Of a stretch of 64,000 nt of DNA, positions 28,390-38,397 are shown piece after piece. The translations under genes and the position numbers were made by a program. Origin of the DNA: an uncultured Acidobacteriota bacterium (GTDB lineage: Bacteria > Acidobacteriota > Vicinamibacteria > Fen-336); the NCBI GenBank assembly GCA_963724555.1, contig CAVRVE010000004.1, positions 134,284 through 198,283 of the forward strand. The letters run 5' to 3'. Each line of letters starts with the position of its first letter. Positions within the stretch are counted from its first letter, which is position 1. The notes below the pieces were generated by a model that was not told where the DNA came from, searched no databases, and worked only from the letters and a program-made list of their open reading frames with translations.

Positions 28390-29933
28390 CGGCGCGTCCG
28401 CGCCCCCGGCACCACCTTCAGCCTGCCGGCCGAAGGCCGCCTCGAAGCGCTGCGCCCAGATCGCGCACGCCCCACGACGGCTAGCGCGCTCACGCCGGAC
28501 CAGCACCTCGCCGCCGCGCACGCGGCAGTCGAGGCTGGCGCGCACCCCCGGCGGCGTGCGCTCGGTGATCTCGTCGGCGAGCGCCAGCAGCACCGCGGCC
28601 CGCTCGAGCGGCTCCGCGTCGTCCCGGGTCACGAGCGGCGCGAGCGAGCGTCCGTGGCGCTCGTCCTCGTCTCCCGCCTGGCGCACCGTGGCGGCGAGCA
28701 GCGCGACCTGCCGGTGCGAGAAGCCGCGCGAGGTCGGTCGCGAGCACCAGGTCCGCGACGTGCTCGTGGCGGTCGAAGAAGTCGACCGTGCGCCCGATGT
28801 CGAGGATGCGCGCGGCCTGCAGCAGCGCGTCCTGCAGCTCGGATGCGGGCCAGGGCTCGAGCGCCTCGTAGAGCGCGCCGGCGAGCTCCTGGCGCCGCTC
28901 CCCGCGCTCCCTCGACCAGCCCACGAAGCGCGCCGCGAGCGCGTCGAGCGAGCGGTGCCTCACGCTCGCCACCGGCTCGAGCGTGTCGCGCGCCATGCTG
29001 AGCGCCAGGCCCTCGCGCACGCCCTGGCCCGACACCACGACACCCGAGGCGTCCAGCACGTCCATGAGCGTCTCGATCACGAGGCCGCCTCCGACCACCG
29101 AGTCCCGGCGGTCGGCGTTCAGGCCCGGCACGCGCGCGCGCTTCTTCTGCTTCTCGGAGGCGAGCTCGCCGTTGATGTCGTGCAGCCGGCGCGCGGTCGA
29201 GCACGTATCCGTGCAGCCGCGCGATCGGGTAGCGCGACGCGCGCTGGTCGATCTTGGCCAGGTTCCGGAGCGATGCCGCCGGTGCCGACGAGCTGCTCGT
29301 CGGCCGAGAGCGACTCGCAGCCCCGCCTCGCGCAGCGTGTCCCGCACGTGCTCGCGGAGCTTCTTCACCTCGCGCGGAGTCGGCGGGTCCGACTTCAGGA
29401 AGGCGTCCGAGACGCGCAGCGAGCCGAGCGGCACGCTCACCGCGCCCACGAGATGCCGGTCGCGGAAGCGGCCCACCTGCAGGCTGCCGCCCCCCAGGTC
29501 GAAGAACACCCCGTCGATCGACCGGCAGGCCGCCCACCGCACCCAGGAAGCCGAAGCGCGCCTCCTCGAGCCCGGACAGGATGCGGATCGTGATGCCCAG
29601 CTCGCGCTTGACCCGCCGGATGAAGGGCGGGCCGTTCGCGGCGTCGCGCAGCGCCGAGGTGCCCGCCGCCTCGAAACGACGCACGCCCGAGCCGAGCGCG
29701 ATCGCGCGGAAGTCGCGCAGCGCCTCGAACGCGCGCTCGAGGGCTTCCGGCGGGATCCGCCCGGTGCGGTCGAGGTCGCGCGCGAGGCGCAGCGCCGCGC
29801 GGCTGCCGGCGAGCACGTGGAGGTGCCCGCCCGCCTCGGGACGGAACACCATCACGCGCCCCGAGTTCGAGCCGATGTCCACGACCGCGATCGGGTCGTG
29901 AGGCGAGGAACGGCGCTTCGCGCGGCTCTTCAT
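28386..29933 (-). pseudogene. ppx: Exopolyphosphatase / guanosine pentaphosphate phosphohydrolase (Ppx/GppA); at least five frame breaks
   Basis: ATG 29933. IAVVDIGSNSGRVMVF, FFDLGGGSLQV, HD-domain region ILDIGRTVDFFDRHEHVADL. Pieces lie in track ORFs 28629..29933, 28490..29542 and 28060..28686. The inferred C-terminus ...RLKVVPGARTRR* ends at TAG 28386-28388, overlapping the convergent peptidase stop within GCTAGC. Confidence 0.8.
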
Positions 29934-30034
29934 GGGCGCGCGCCTACGCTACACGAAGCCACGGCAACGAACCAGGGCAAACGGATATCAAACGACAAGA
30001 CGGGACGAACCAGACGAAAACGGAAACAGCAGAG

Positions 30035-30059
30035 CCGGGCGGTGCTTCGCACCGCCCGG
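30035..30059 (-). terminator. Rho-independent terminator of the TonB-dependent receptor gene
   Basis: Minus strand: TAA, then CCGGGCGGTGC-GAA-GCACCGCCCGG (11-bp stem), followed by CTCTGCTGTTTCCGTTTTCGTC. Confidence 0.75.
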
Positions 30060-30063
30060 AGCA

Positions 30064-32504
30064 TTACTTCCCGAAGATACCGCAGCTCGAGGACGACGCT
30101 GCGCTTCAGGATGTCGCCGAAGACGTGCTGCTGGATCGTCTCGTTCGTGAGGTTGATCCCCTTCAGGCTCAGCGTCACCTTGTCGGCGGCGAGCTTCACG
30201 CCGAGGGTCGCGTTCAGCATCGTGTACGCGTCCGTGTATCCGGCGTAGGTCGCGCCCAGCACGTCCACCCAGAGCGCCTTGCCCGCGTAGTTGACGTTGG
30301 CGTTGCCCGAAGAAGGTCTTGCCGCTGTAGCCGAGGCCGGCGTTGAAGCGGTGCTCCGACGGAGAGCCCGACCTCCTTGGCCGGGTAGGGGATCTGGCCG
30401 GAGTCGGCGTCCAGGACCTCCGGCGTGTCCTGCCAGGAGTAGTTGGCGATAGGCCGACCACGTCTCGTTGAATCGGTGGTCGATCGAGGCCTCGATCCCG
30501 CGGTTGCGGATCGGGCCCAGGTTCAGGTAGGTCGCGGCCTTCTCGGGCAGCAGGATCGGGCCGCCGAACTGCGGCGGAATCTGGGCCAGGATCCCCATCA
30601 GGATCGGCGACAGCGTGACCGGCTGCGACGGCGTCGTGTTGGTCGGCACGGTGACGCCTCTCGCCGGGTTGGTGACGCTATAGAAGGTCGGCAGCGGAAA
30701 GCCCGGCGTACCGACGGGAATCAGGGTCACGAAGTTGATGTTGTCGTCGGTGTCGGTCTGGTAGACCGAAAGGCCGATCGTCGTCTTCCCGCCGAAGGTG
30801 CCGGTGTAGGCGAGCTCGAAGCCGTCGGTGGACTGCTCCTTGAGGTCCGGGTTCCCGTAGGCGTTGATGGTCAGGAAGAAGGGCGGCGGGCACGAGCGCC
30901 GCCGCCGGCCCGATCAGCGGCTTGAGCGGCGTGAGGTCGATGATCGGATCGGTGTTGGAGATGTTCTGGTTCAGGTAGTTGTTGATGAAGGACGGCGACA
31001 CGAACGCGCGGTTGTAGGAGGCGCGGATCGAGTGCGTGGGCGTGGGCTTGAACATGATGCTCACGCGCGGCGAGAACACCGGGTCCTCGATGTTGCCGAA
31101 CTTGTCGACGCGGCCGCCGAGCGCGAAGCGGAACTTGTCGACGAAGTACTCCCAGTGCAGGTAGGCGCCGAGCTCGGTGCGGTCGTCGCCCTGCGCGAGC
31201 GAGATGTCGAAGTTGTTCTGCCGGACGTTGCCGCCGTAGGTGAAGATGTGGTGCCCGCCCAGCACGTTCGTGTTGCCGATCTCGAAGTCGTAGGTCTGGG
31301 TCTTGAAGTCCAGCACCACCGGCCCCAGCGTGTCGGGATCCGTCGCCAGCAGGTTCGGGGCCGACGCGTCCAGGAAGTTGCCGAAGGCGCTGATGCGGAG
31401 CGCTCCCTTGTTGTAGGACACGCGGCCGTACGCCATGTACGACCCGCTTTCGAGCCGAAACGGCCCGATCCCGGTGTGCACGATGCCCTCTGTGCCGTAG
31501 TAGCCGCCCTCGTACGTCATGCGGCCGCCGTTCGTGAAGTCCTGGTCGAAGCGCAGGCCGGCCTTCGGCTGCTGCGTGCCCTCGTTCTGGAACTGGCCGA
31601 GCTGATTCCCCTCGGTCGGGTAGGTGGCTCCGCCGATCGGCACGCCTCCCGACACGGCCGCGCCGCTCGAAGTTCGACAGGGAACCACTCCGAACGGGTG
31701 ACAGTCGAGCGGGATCGTGCCGGTGGGGCGGGAGTACGGGTCGGACTGGAGGTATCCGCCGTTCAGCCGGTACGACCAGCTGTCGTTGATGGCGTGCGCG
31801 TAGGAGAAGCTGCCGTTCCACTGGTAGCCGTCGCCGTCTCCCTCGCGCGAGCCGCCGTCGCGGTTGAAGAGCCCTGCGCCGAGCACGACGCCGAAGCCCT
31901 CGTTCTCGCGCGGCGTCTTGGTGATGATGTTGACGACGCCGTTGACGGCGTTGGCGCCCCACACGACCGAGGCCGGGCCGCGCACGACCTCGATCTGCTT
32001 GATCTCGCCGGAGGTCGGCGAGGGCACGATGTCCCACAGCACGAGCCCGAAGAAGTCGAGGTAGACCGAGCGGCCGTCGACCGTCACGAGCTGCGAGGTG
32101 GCAAGCGTCGAGGTCGCCGCGCGCGCGGTCAGGTTGATGTCGCGGGCCGACATCTGGATCACGTTCACGCCCGGCACCGAGCGCAGCGTGTCGGCCATGT
32201 TCTGCGCTGGCTGCGCCGCGAGCTGCTCGCTCGTCACCACGCTCATCGTGGCCGGGGCGTCGATCAGCTTCTGCTCGACCTTGGAGGCGCTCTCGACCGT
32301 GATCTCTTCCTGCGCGTGGTGCGGTTCCCCGGGTACGGGCTCCTGAGCGGGCTGAGCGGCCGGCGGGGGCGACGGGGGCTTCTGCGGGGCGGCCGTCTGT
32401 GCAGCCTGGGACGGCCGCTCGGCGGGCTCGGCTCCCAGGGCAACGACCGGGGCGGCAGCCAGAAGCAGGGCGAGGCCCACGAGAGCCAGGAGTTCGCGCC
32501 TCAT
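30064..32504 (-). pseudogene. TonB-dependent outer-membrane receptor; about four frame breaks (~30890, ~30455, ~30335, ~30085)
   Basis: GAGGAGG RBS, ATG 32504, signal peptide MRRELLALVGLALLLAAAPVVALGA. Plug domain DTLRSVPGVNV, IEVVRGPASVVWGANAVNGVVNIITK. Barrel blocks continue in track ORFs 29930..30730 and 29988..30461. The only stop ahead of the terminator is TAA 30064-30066 (...GIFGK*) in a frame different from the preceding block. Confidence 0.8.
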
Positions 32505-32641
32505 CGTTTCCTCCTCACGGTGCTGATTCGTGTCTCCGGCACAGGTCTGGTGCCGGCAACGACCACCTCGGCCGACGCGCGGGAAAGAGTGCATAAGCCG
32601 GCCGAATGCAGGCGATTTGTAGCACAGATCCCAACGGGCTT

Positions 32642-34066
32642 CTACCGCACTTGAGACGGACGCGGCGCCGTGGGTTCTCCTCCGAGCGCGCGGAGCAGCT
32701 TCTCGTGGATCCCCCCGAAGCCGCCGTTCGAGAGGATCGCCACGCAGTCCCCGTCCCTGAGCTCCGCCGCCAGGGCCGAGACGATCGCCTCGACCCCGGG
32801 AAGGAAGACGGCTCGGCCTCCCGCGCGGTTGGTCGCCTCGACGAGCTCGGCTTCCGACAGCCGCGAGGCCTCCGGGACCTTGCCGGGCAGGTGGGCGGCC
32901 GCGACGTAGACCTGGTCGGCGGCCATGAAGGCGCGCGCGAAGTCGTCCTGGAACACCCTCGTCCGCGAGGTGTACGAGCGCGGCTCGAAGACGGCCACGA
33001 GCCGCCCGCTTCCTCCGAGAGCGCGCAGCGCTTCGAGCGTCACGCGGACCGCCGTCGGATGGTGGGCGAAGTCGTCGTAGACCGTGACGCCCCGCGCCTC
33101 GCCGCGCCGCTCGAGGCGCCGCTTGACGCCCCGGAAGGCGGCGAGCGCCTCACGCAGCGTCTCCGGCGGCGCCCCGGCTTCGGCCGCGACGGCGAGCGCG
33201 GCGAGCGCGTTGCGGACGTTGTGCTCCCCCGCGAGCGGCATCGTGAAGCGGCCGGCGTCCCGCCCGGCGCGGAGCAGGCGGAAGCTCGAGCCGGAAGGCC
33301 CCGTCTCGACGTCGACCGCCCGCCAGTCCGCCCCGGGCGCGAGCCCGAAGGTCAGGACGCGGCAGCGAGCCTCCGCCAGGATCGAGACGAGCGCCGGGCT
33401 CTCGCTGCCCGCCACCAGCAGGCCGCTCCGCGGAATGACGTGCAGCAGCCGCGTGAAGGCCGTCTGCACCGCCTCGAGGTCGGGATAGATGTCGGCGTGG
33501 TCGAACTCGACGTTGCCCACGATCGCAACCGACGGCAGGTAGTGCACGAACTTGGGCCGCTTGTCGAAGAAGGCCGAGTCGTACTCGTCGCCTTCGATCA
33601 CGAACGTCTCCCCCGCGCCCAGCCGGTAGCTGCGGCCGAAATCGAGCGGCACGCCGCCGACGAGGAACGACGGCTCGAGGCCGGCGCGATCGAGCAGGAA
33701 GGCGAGCAGGCTGGTCGTGGTGGTCTTGCCGTGCGTTCCCGCCACCACCAGCGAGCGGCGCTCGCGCAGGAACGCCTCGGCGACGAGCGCGGGCAGGCTC
33801 GTGTAGCGCTGGCGGCGGTCGAGCACCGCCTCGACCTCCGGATTGCCGCGCGAGAGCGCGTTGCCGATCACCACGAGGTCGGCGTCCCGCGGCACGTTCG
33901 CCTCGGCGTAGGGCGAGCGCACCTCGATCCCGAGCGCCTCGAGCTGCGTCGACATCGGCGGGTAGACGTCCTGGTCGGAGCCCGTGACCTCGTGTCCCTG
34001 CTCGCGCAGCAGGCCGGCGAGCGACGCCATCGCCGTGCCGCAGACGGCGGAGAGGTGGACCTTCAC
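32642..34066 (-). CDS. mpl: UDP-N-acetylmuramate:L-alanyl-gamma-D-glutamyl-meso-DAP ligase
   Basis: Intact. GTG 34066 overlaps the ldcA stop (GTGA). HLSAVCGTAMASLAGLL, VAGTHGKTTTTS, EGDEYDSAFFDK, HNVRNALAA. Confidence 0.85.
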   Translation of the reverse strand: MKVHLSAVCGTAMASLAGLLREQGHEVTGSDQDVYPPMSTQLEALGIEVRSPYAEANVPRDADLVVIGNALSRGNPEVEAVLDRRQRYTSLPALVAEAFLRERRSLVVAGTHGKTTTTSLLAFLLDRAGLEPSFLVGGVPLDFGRSYRLGAGETFVIEGDEYDSAFFDKRPKFVHYLPSVAIVGNVEFDHADIYPDLEAVQTAFTRLLHVIPRSGLLVAGSESPALVSILAEARCRVLTFGLAPGADWRAVDVETGPSGSSFRLLRAGRDAGRFTMPLAGEHNVRNALAALAVAAEAGAPPETLREALAAFRGVKRRLERRGEARGVTVYDDFAHHPTAVRVTLEALRALGGSGRLVAVFEPRSYTSRTRVFQDDFARAFMAADQVYVAAAHLPGKVPEASRLSEAELVEATNRAGGRAVFLPGVEAIVSALAAELRDGDCVAILSNGGFGGIHEKLLRALGGEPTAPRPSQVR

Positions 34067-34995
34067 TCGACCGGCGCCTCCAGCACGCTGAAGCGCGCCT
34101 CGCCGCTGCGGCACTCGAGCCGCGCGCGGACGCCGAACGGCAGCGTGACGTTCGGGTGCGCGGTGTGCCCGCTCGAGAGCCCGAGCGCGATCGGCCCGTC
34201 GAGCCCGTCGAGCGCCTCGAGCAGCACGTCCTCCAGCCGATAGTCGTCCTCGAAGGACGGCGAGCAGCCCTTCATGTCGCCGAACACGATGCCCGTGACG
34301 CCCTGCAGCGCGCCCGAGGCCCGCAGCTGCCGCAGCATGCGGTCGACGCGGTAGGGCTTCTCGTCCACGTCCTCGAGGAAGAGCAGCGTCGGCTCGTCGC
34401 CACCGCGGCGTCCCCACGGCGTGCCGGCGGCCCCCGCGAGGAGCGACAGGCAGCCGCCGCGCAGCACCCCCTCGGCGCCGCCCGCCGCGAGCGCCAGCAG
34501 CTCGTCGGGCTGGCTCGCGTAGGGCGCGCCCTCGCCGGTCAGCCCGTGGTGCAGGGTCGCGGGATCGTAGGCGCCGTCGCCCTCCGCCAGCTCGCGGGCG
34601 ATCATCGGCCCGTGCAGGCTCGCGAGCCCGATCCGCTCCATCTCGAGATGCAGCAGCGTGACGTCGCTGTAGCCCAGCAGCAGCTTCGGGTTGTCGCGCA
34701 GCAGCTCGCGGTCGAGGTGCGGCAGCAGGTGCAGGATCCCCGCCCCGCCGCGCGCGCAGGCGACGGCGGCGACCTCGGGATCTTCGAAGAGCTCGTGGAG
34801 CTGATCGACGCGGTTGTCGACCGAGCCCGCCGTGAAGCCGCGGCGCTCCAGGATCCCGTCGCCCAGACGCACCGCGAAGCCCAGCCGCTCGAGCTCGGTG
34901 GCTCCGCGCCGCAGCCGCTCCTCGTCGACCGGGCCCGCCGGCGCCGCGACGCCGATCAGGTCGCCGGGGCGCAGCGCCCTGGGCTTGCGGATCAC
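34063..34995 (-). CDS. ldcA: LD-carboxypeptidase (peptidase S66, muramoyltetrapeptide carboxypeptidase)
   Basis: Intact. GDLIGVAAPAG, LLGYSDVTLLH (Ser nucleophile), LFLEDVDEKPYRVDRML, GLSSGHT. Confidence 0.8.
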   Translation of the reverse strand: MIRKPRALRPGDLIGVAAPAGPVDEERLRRGATELERLGFAVRLGDGILERRGFTAGSVDNRVDQLHELFEDPEVAAVACARGGAGILHLLPHLDRELLRDNPKLLLGYSDVTLLHLEMERIGLASLHGPMIARELAEGDGAYDPATLHHGLTGEGAPYASQPDELLALAAGGAEGVLRGGCLSLLAGAAGTPWGRRGGDEPTLLFLEDVDEKPYRVDRMLRQLRASGALQGVTGIVFGDMKGCSPSFEDDYRLEDVLLEALDGLDGPIALGLSSGHTAHPNVTLPFGVRARLECRSGEARFSVLEAPVE

Positions 34996-34996
34996 G

Positions 34997-36100
34997 TCAG
35001 GCCGGGATCCCCGAGCGCTGCGCGATCTCCTCCGCGAGCGCCCGGTGCCTGCCGTCCTGCGCCGCGAGCCGCGCCTGCTTCGGGTCGGGATCGAGGTAGC
35101 CCGCGAGGAAGCGCTCCTTGAGCGCGCGCACCCGGCCCTCGGCGGCTTCCTGCTCCTTGAACGCGACCTCCCCCGACTCGCAGGCGCGCACGAGCGCCTC
35201 GATCGCCTCCACCTGCGCGTCGTGGCTCTTGCAGAACTCGAAGAGATCGCAGCCCGCCTGCGCACCGAGCACCGCGATCTCGGCCGGCCGCCAGTGCTTC
35301 GTGAGCGCCTGCATCTCGAGGTCGTCGGTCACGACGACACCCGTGTAGCCGAGCTCCTTCCGCAGCAGGCCCGAGATCACGTCCCGCGACAGCGTCGCCG
35401 GCCGCGCGTCGTCGATCTCGCGCACCAGGACGTGGGAGGTCATGACGCTGGCGACGCCCGCCGCGATCGCGGCCCGAAACGGCCGCAGCTCGATCTCGTC
35501 GAGCCGCGAGCGCGAGTGGTCGACCGCGGGCAGGTCGAGGTGCGAGTCGACGTCGGTGTCGCCGTGACCCGGGAAGTGCTTGGCGCTCGCCGCGACGCCG
35601 TTGTGCTGCAGCCCCTCGATCATCGCGACGCCGAGCCGCGCCACCAGGTCCGGATCGTCGCCGAACGAGCGGTCGCCGATCACGGGGTTCCTGGGATTCG
35701 TGTCGACGTCGACGCACGGCGCGAAGTCGTAGCGGATCCCGCACGCGCGCAGCTCCTCGGCGAGCGCCCGGCCCATCTCGCGCGCGATCTCCGCGCTGCC
35801 GGTGCGCCCGACCGCGCGCGCCGCCGGCCAGAGCGTCCAGGGCTCCTTGAGCCGCGCGACGCGGCCGCCTTCCTGGTCGACGGCGATCAGCAGCGGCCGC
35901 TCGTGAGCGGCGGAGCGCGCGGCCGCCTGCAGCTCGCGCACCAGATCCGCGACCTGCTCGGGGGCGGCCACGTTGCGGCCGAAGAGGACGACGTGGCCGA
36001 CGCCGAACTCCCGGACGAGCGCCTTGACGTCGGCCGAGGCCGCCTGGCCCTCGAAGCCGACCATGAAGCGCTGGCCGACGCGGCGGACGAGGTCCCTCAC
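34997..36100 (-). CDS. nagZ: Beta-N-acetylhexosaminidase (GH3)
   Basis: Intact 367 aa. IAVDQEGGRV, KHFPGHGDTDVDSH, VVVTDDLEM. Confidence 0.85.
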   Translation of the reverse strand: MRDLVRRVGQRFMVGFEGQAASADVKALVREFGVGHVVLFGRNVAAPEQVADLVRELQAAARSAAHERPLLIAVDQEGGRVARLKEPWTLWPAARAVGRTGSAEIAREMGRALAEELRACGIRYDFAPCVDVDTNPRNPVIGDRSFGDDPDLVARLGVAMIEGLQHNGVAASAKHFPGHGDTDVDSHLDLPAVDHSRSRLDEIELRPFRAAIAAGVASVMTSHVLVREIDDARPATLSRDVISGLLRKELGYTGVVVTDDLEMQALTKHWRPAEIAVLGAQAGCDLFEFCKSHDAQVEAIEALVRACESGEVAFKEQEAAEGRVRALKERFLAGYLDPDPKQARLAAQDGRHRALAEEIAQRSGIPA

Positions 36101-36552
36101 CCGCCCAGCTTCTTCTTGACGGCCTCGTTCACGCGCTTGCCGTCGACGGCCTTGCCCGAGGCCGCGAGCGCGGCGAGCGCGGCCTTCATCGCCTTGCCCA
36201 TGTCCTTGAGCGAGCTGGCGCCGGTCTCCGACACGGCCTTGTCGACCGCGGCAGCGACCTCGGCGTCCGTGACCTCGGCGGGCAGGTACGACTTCAGGAT
36301 GACGATCTCGCCCTGCTCCTTCTCCGCGAGCTCGGGCCGGTTCGCCTTCTGGTACTGGTCGGCCGAGTCCTCGCGCTGCTTCACCAGACCCTGCAGCAGC
36401 TTGATCGCCTCGCCGTCGTCGAGCGCGCCCTTCTTGTCGATCTCCTTGTTCATGATCGCGGCTTTCGCCATCCGCAGCGTGCTGGTGCGCGCCGCGTCGC
36501 GGGCCTTCATCGCCGCGGTCAGGTCCTGGTTCAGGCGTTCGACGAGTGTCAT
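36097..36552 (-). CDS. GatB/YqeY domain protein
   Basis: Intact 151 aa. MTLVERLNQDLTAAMKARD...LRMAKAAI...IVILKSYLP. Confidence 0.8.
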   Translation of the reverse strand: MTLVERLNQDLTAAMKARDAARTSTLRMAKAAIMNKEIDKKGALDDGEAIKLLQGLVKQREDSADQYQKANRPELAEKEQGEIVILKSYLPAEVTDAEVAAAVDKAVSETGASSLKDMGKAMKAALAALAASGKAVDGKRVNEAVKKKLGG

Positions 36553-36573
36553 GACGCTAGAGGATACCTCGCC

Positions 36574-38341
36574 CTAGCCACCCGGCCGGGAGCGGGGCCC
36601 GGCGAGCTCGTGCAGCCAGCGCGCGTAGAGGTCCTCGACCAGCTCCAGCTTCGCGACGGGCGCCTCGAGCTCGAGCAGCAGGCTGCCGCCGTCTCGCCGC
36701 AGGAGCGTCCCGCGCACGCCGACCGCCACCCCGAGCCGGTCGAAGCGGGACTCGTAGCTCGGGTCGGCGTCCGCCTCCCGCGAGCGCCCCGTGCGCCCCT
36801 CGCAGCGTGCGAGAGCCGCCCGCAGGGTCGCCTCGGACCCCGACCAGCGCAGCGCGCGGAACACGACCGTGTAGTCCGCCGGATGGCGGACCAGCAGGCC
36901 GGCGTCGCTCGCGGGCAGCGCGCGGCAGCCCGCCTGCGTCGCGGGCTCGCGCGGCCACGCTCGCGGCGCCACGACCGCGCCGTCCCCGTTCGAGAACGTC
37001 GCCGGCTCGAGCGGCGGCTCCTGGCCCGGCTGGGACCGCCGCGCCATCCCGAGCGGCAGCGGAGCGGCCTCGAAGCTTCGCAGCGACTGGCGGAGCAGGC
37101 CCAGGTTGAAGGCGAGCGCGTCGGCCGGCCCGAGGTAGCGCGCCACGACCTTCTCGCGCCCGAGGTCGACGATCGCGTACTCGACACGGAAGCGCCTGCC
37201 GTCCCGGTCGATCCCCACGCCCGAGCCGATCAGGCTCGGCGGCCGCCCGGAGGCGAGCGTCGCGGGAGCGTGGCGATCGCGCGCGATCCTCTGACCCGGC
37301 CGCGCGACGGCCGGGATGAACTCCGGCGCCGCCTCGCCTCCCAAAAGCGCCTCCTCGAGCCCCGAGGCCGGCCAGGGCGTCTCCCAGCGGTCGATGCGGA
37401 AGCCGATCTCGCCCATGTCGCCGGCGTCGGCGAGGACACGGGCGGACGAGCGGTCGGAGTAGCCGTCGGGCAGGTCGACGGCGAGCTGCTTCCACTCCAG
37501 CAGGTGGCGGACCCCCGCGTGGAGCCTCGCGACCGGCAGCCGCTCGATGAAGGCCGTTCGACTCCAGGAAGTCCTTCACGTCGTTGACGGGGATCGCGAA
37601 GCCGGCTCCCGAGCTCGTCGCGTCGGCAGCGAGCTTCATGCGCACGACGCCCATCACGTAGCCGTCCTCGTCCAGCATCGGCCCGCCGCTGTTGCCGGGC
37701 TGCACCGAGGCGTCCGTCTGCAGGAAGCGGGTTTCCCCCGCGTCGTCCTCGCGCGTCGCCGAGAGCGATCCCACCGTGACGCTCACCTGCGGGATCACGT
37801 CGGCGTCCGCGCGCTTCGCCACCTCGGTCTGGCGGCCGAACGGGAAGCCGAGCACCTGGACCGGCCGTCCCGCTTCCGCCGCGTCGGAGTCGCCGAGCGG
37901 CAGGTACGGCAGGTCGGCCGCCGTCATCTGCAGCGCGGCCAGGTCGCGCTCCGGGTCCGCCGCGACCACGTGCGCCTCCCACGCCCCGCTGCCCACGAAC
38001 ACCTGCAGCCTCCGGTTCTCGACCACGAGATCGGGACCGTCCGCGCGTACGCTCGGCTCGACCTCGACGACGTGGTGGTTCGTGAGCACGAGGCCGGACG
38101 GCGCGATCACGAAGCCGCTGCCGGTGGCGATCGGCACGTCCTTCTTGACGACCGGCAGCCGCGCGTCGTGGTAGTCGAGCGTCACGTCGCCGACGACGCG
38201 GATGTACGCCATGGCGTCCCGGGGACGCGGGCCGTCCGGCGGCGCCGACGCGGGCGCGAGGCCCGCGAGGGCACTCGTGAGAACCAGGCTCGCGAGGACT
38301 CCCACGGTCCGCCGGCGCACGACCGCCCGCGCGCTCGCCAT
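36574..38341 (-). CDS. Trypsin-like (S1) serine protease with signal peptide and a ~300-aa C-terminal domain of unknown function; one frame break ~37548
   Basis: ATG 38341. VLASLVLTSALAGLAPASA, GSGFVIAPSGLVLTNHHVV, DLAAL, QPGNSGGPM. After DVKDFLESNGL the sequence continues in track ORF 36574..37416 (IERLPVARLH...GEIGFRIDRWETPW...). Confidence 0.75.
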
Positions 38342-38397
38342 GTACTCGAGGAGCTTAGCAGGTCGACAAGCACGCGAGCCCGGTGGAGGATTGCGCC

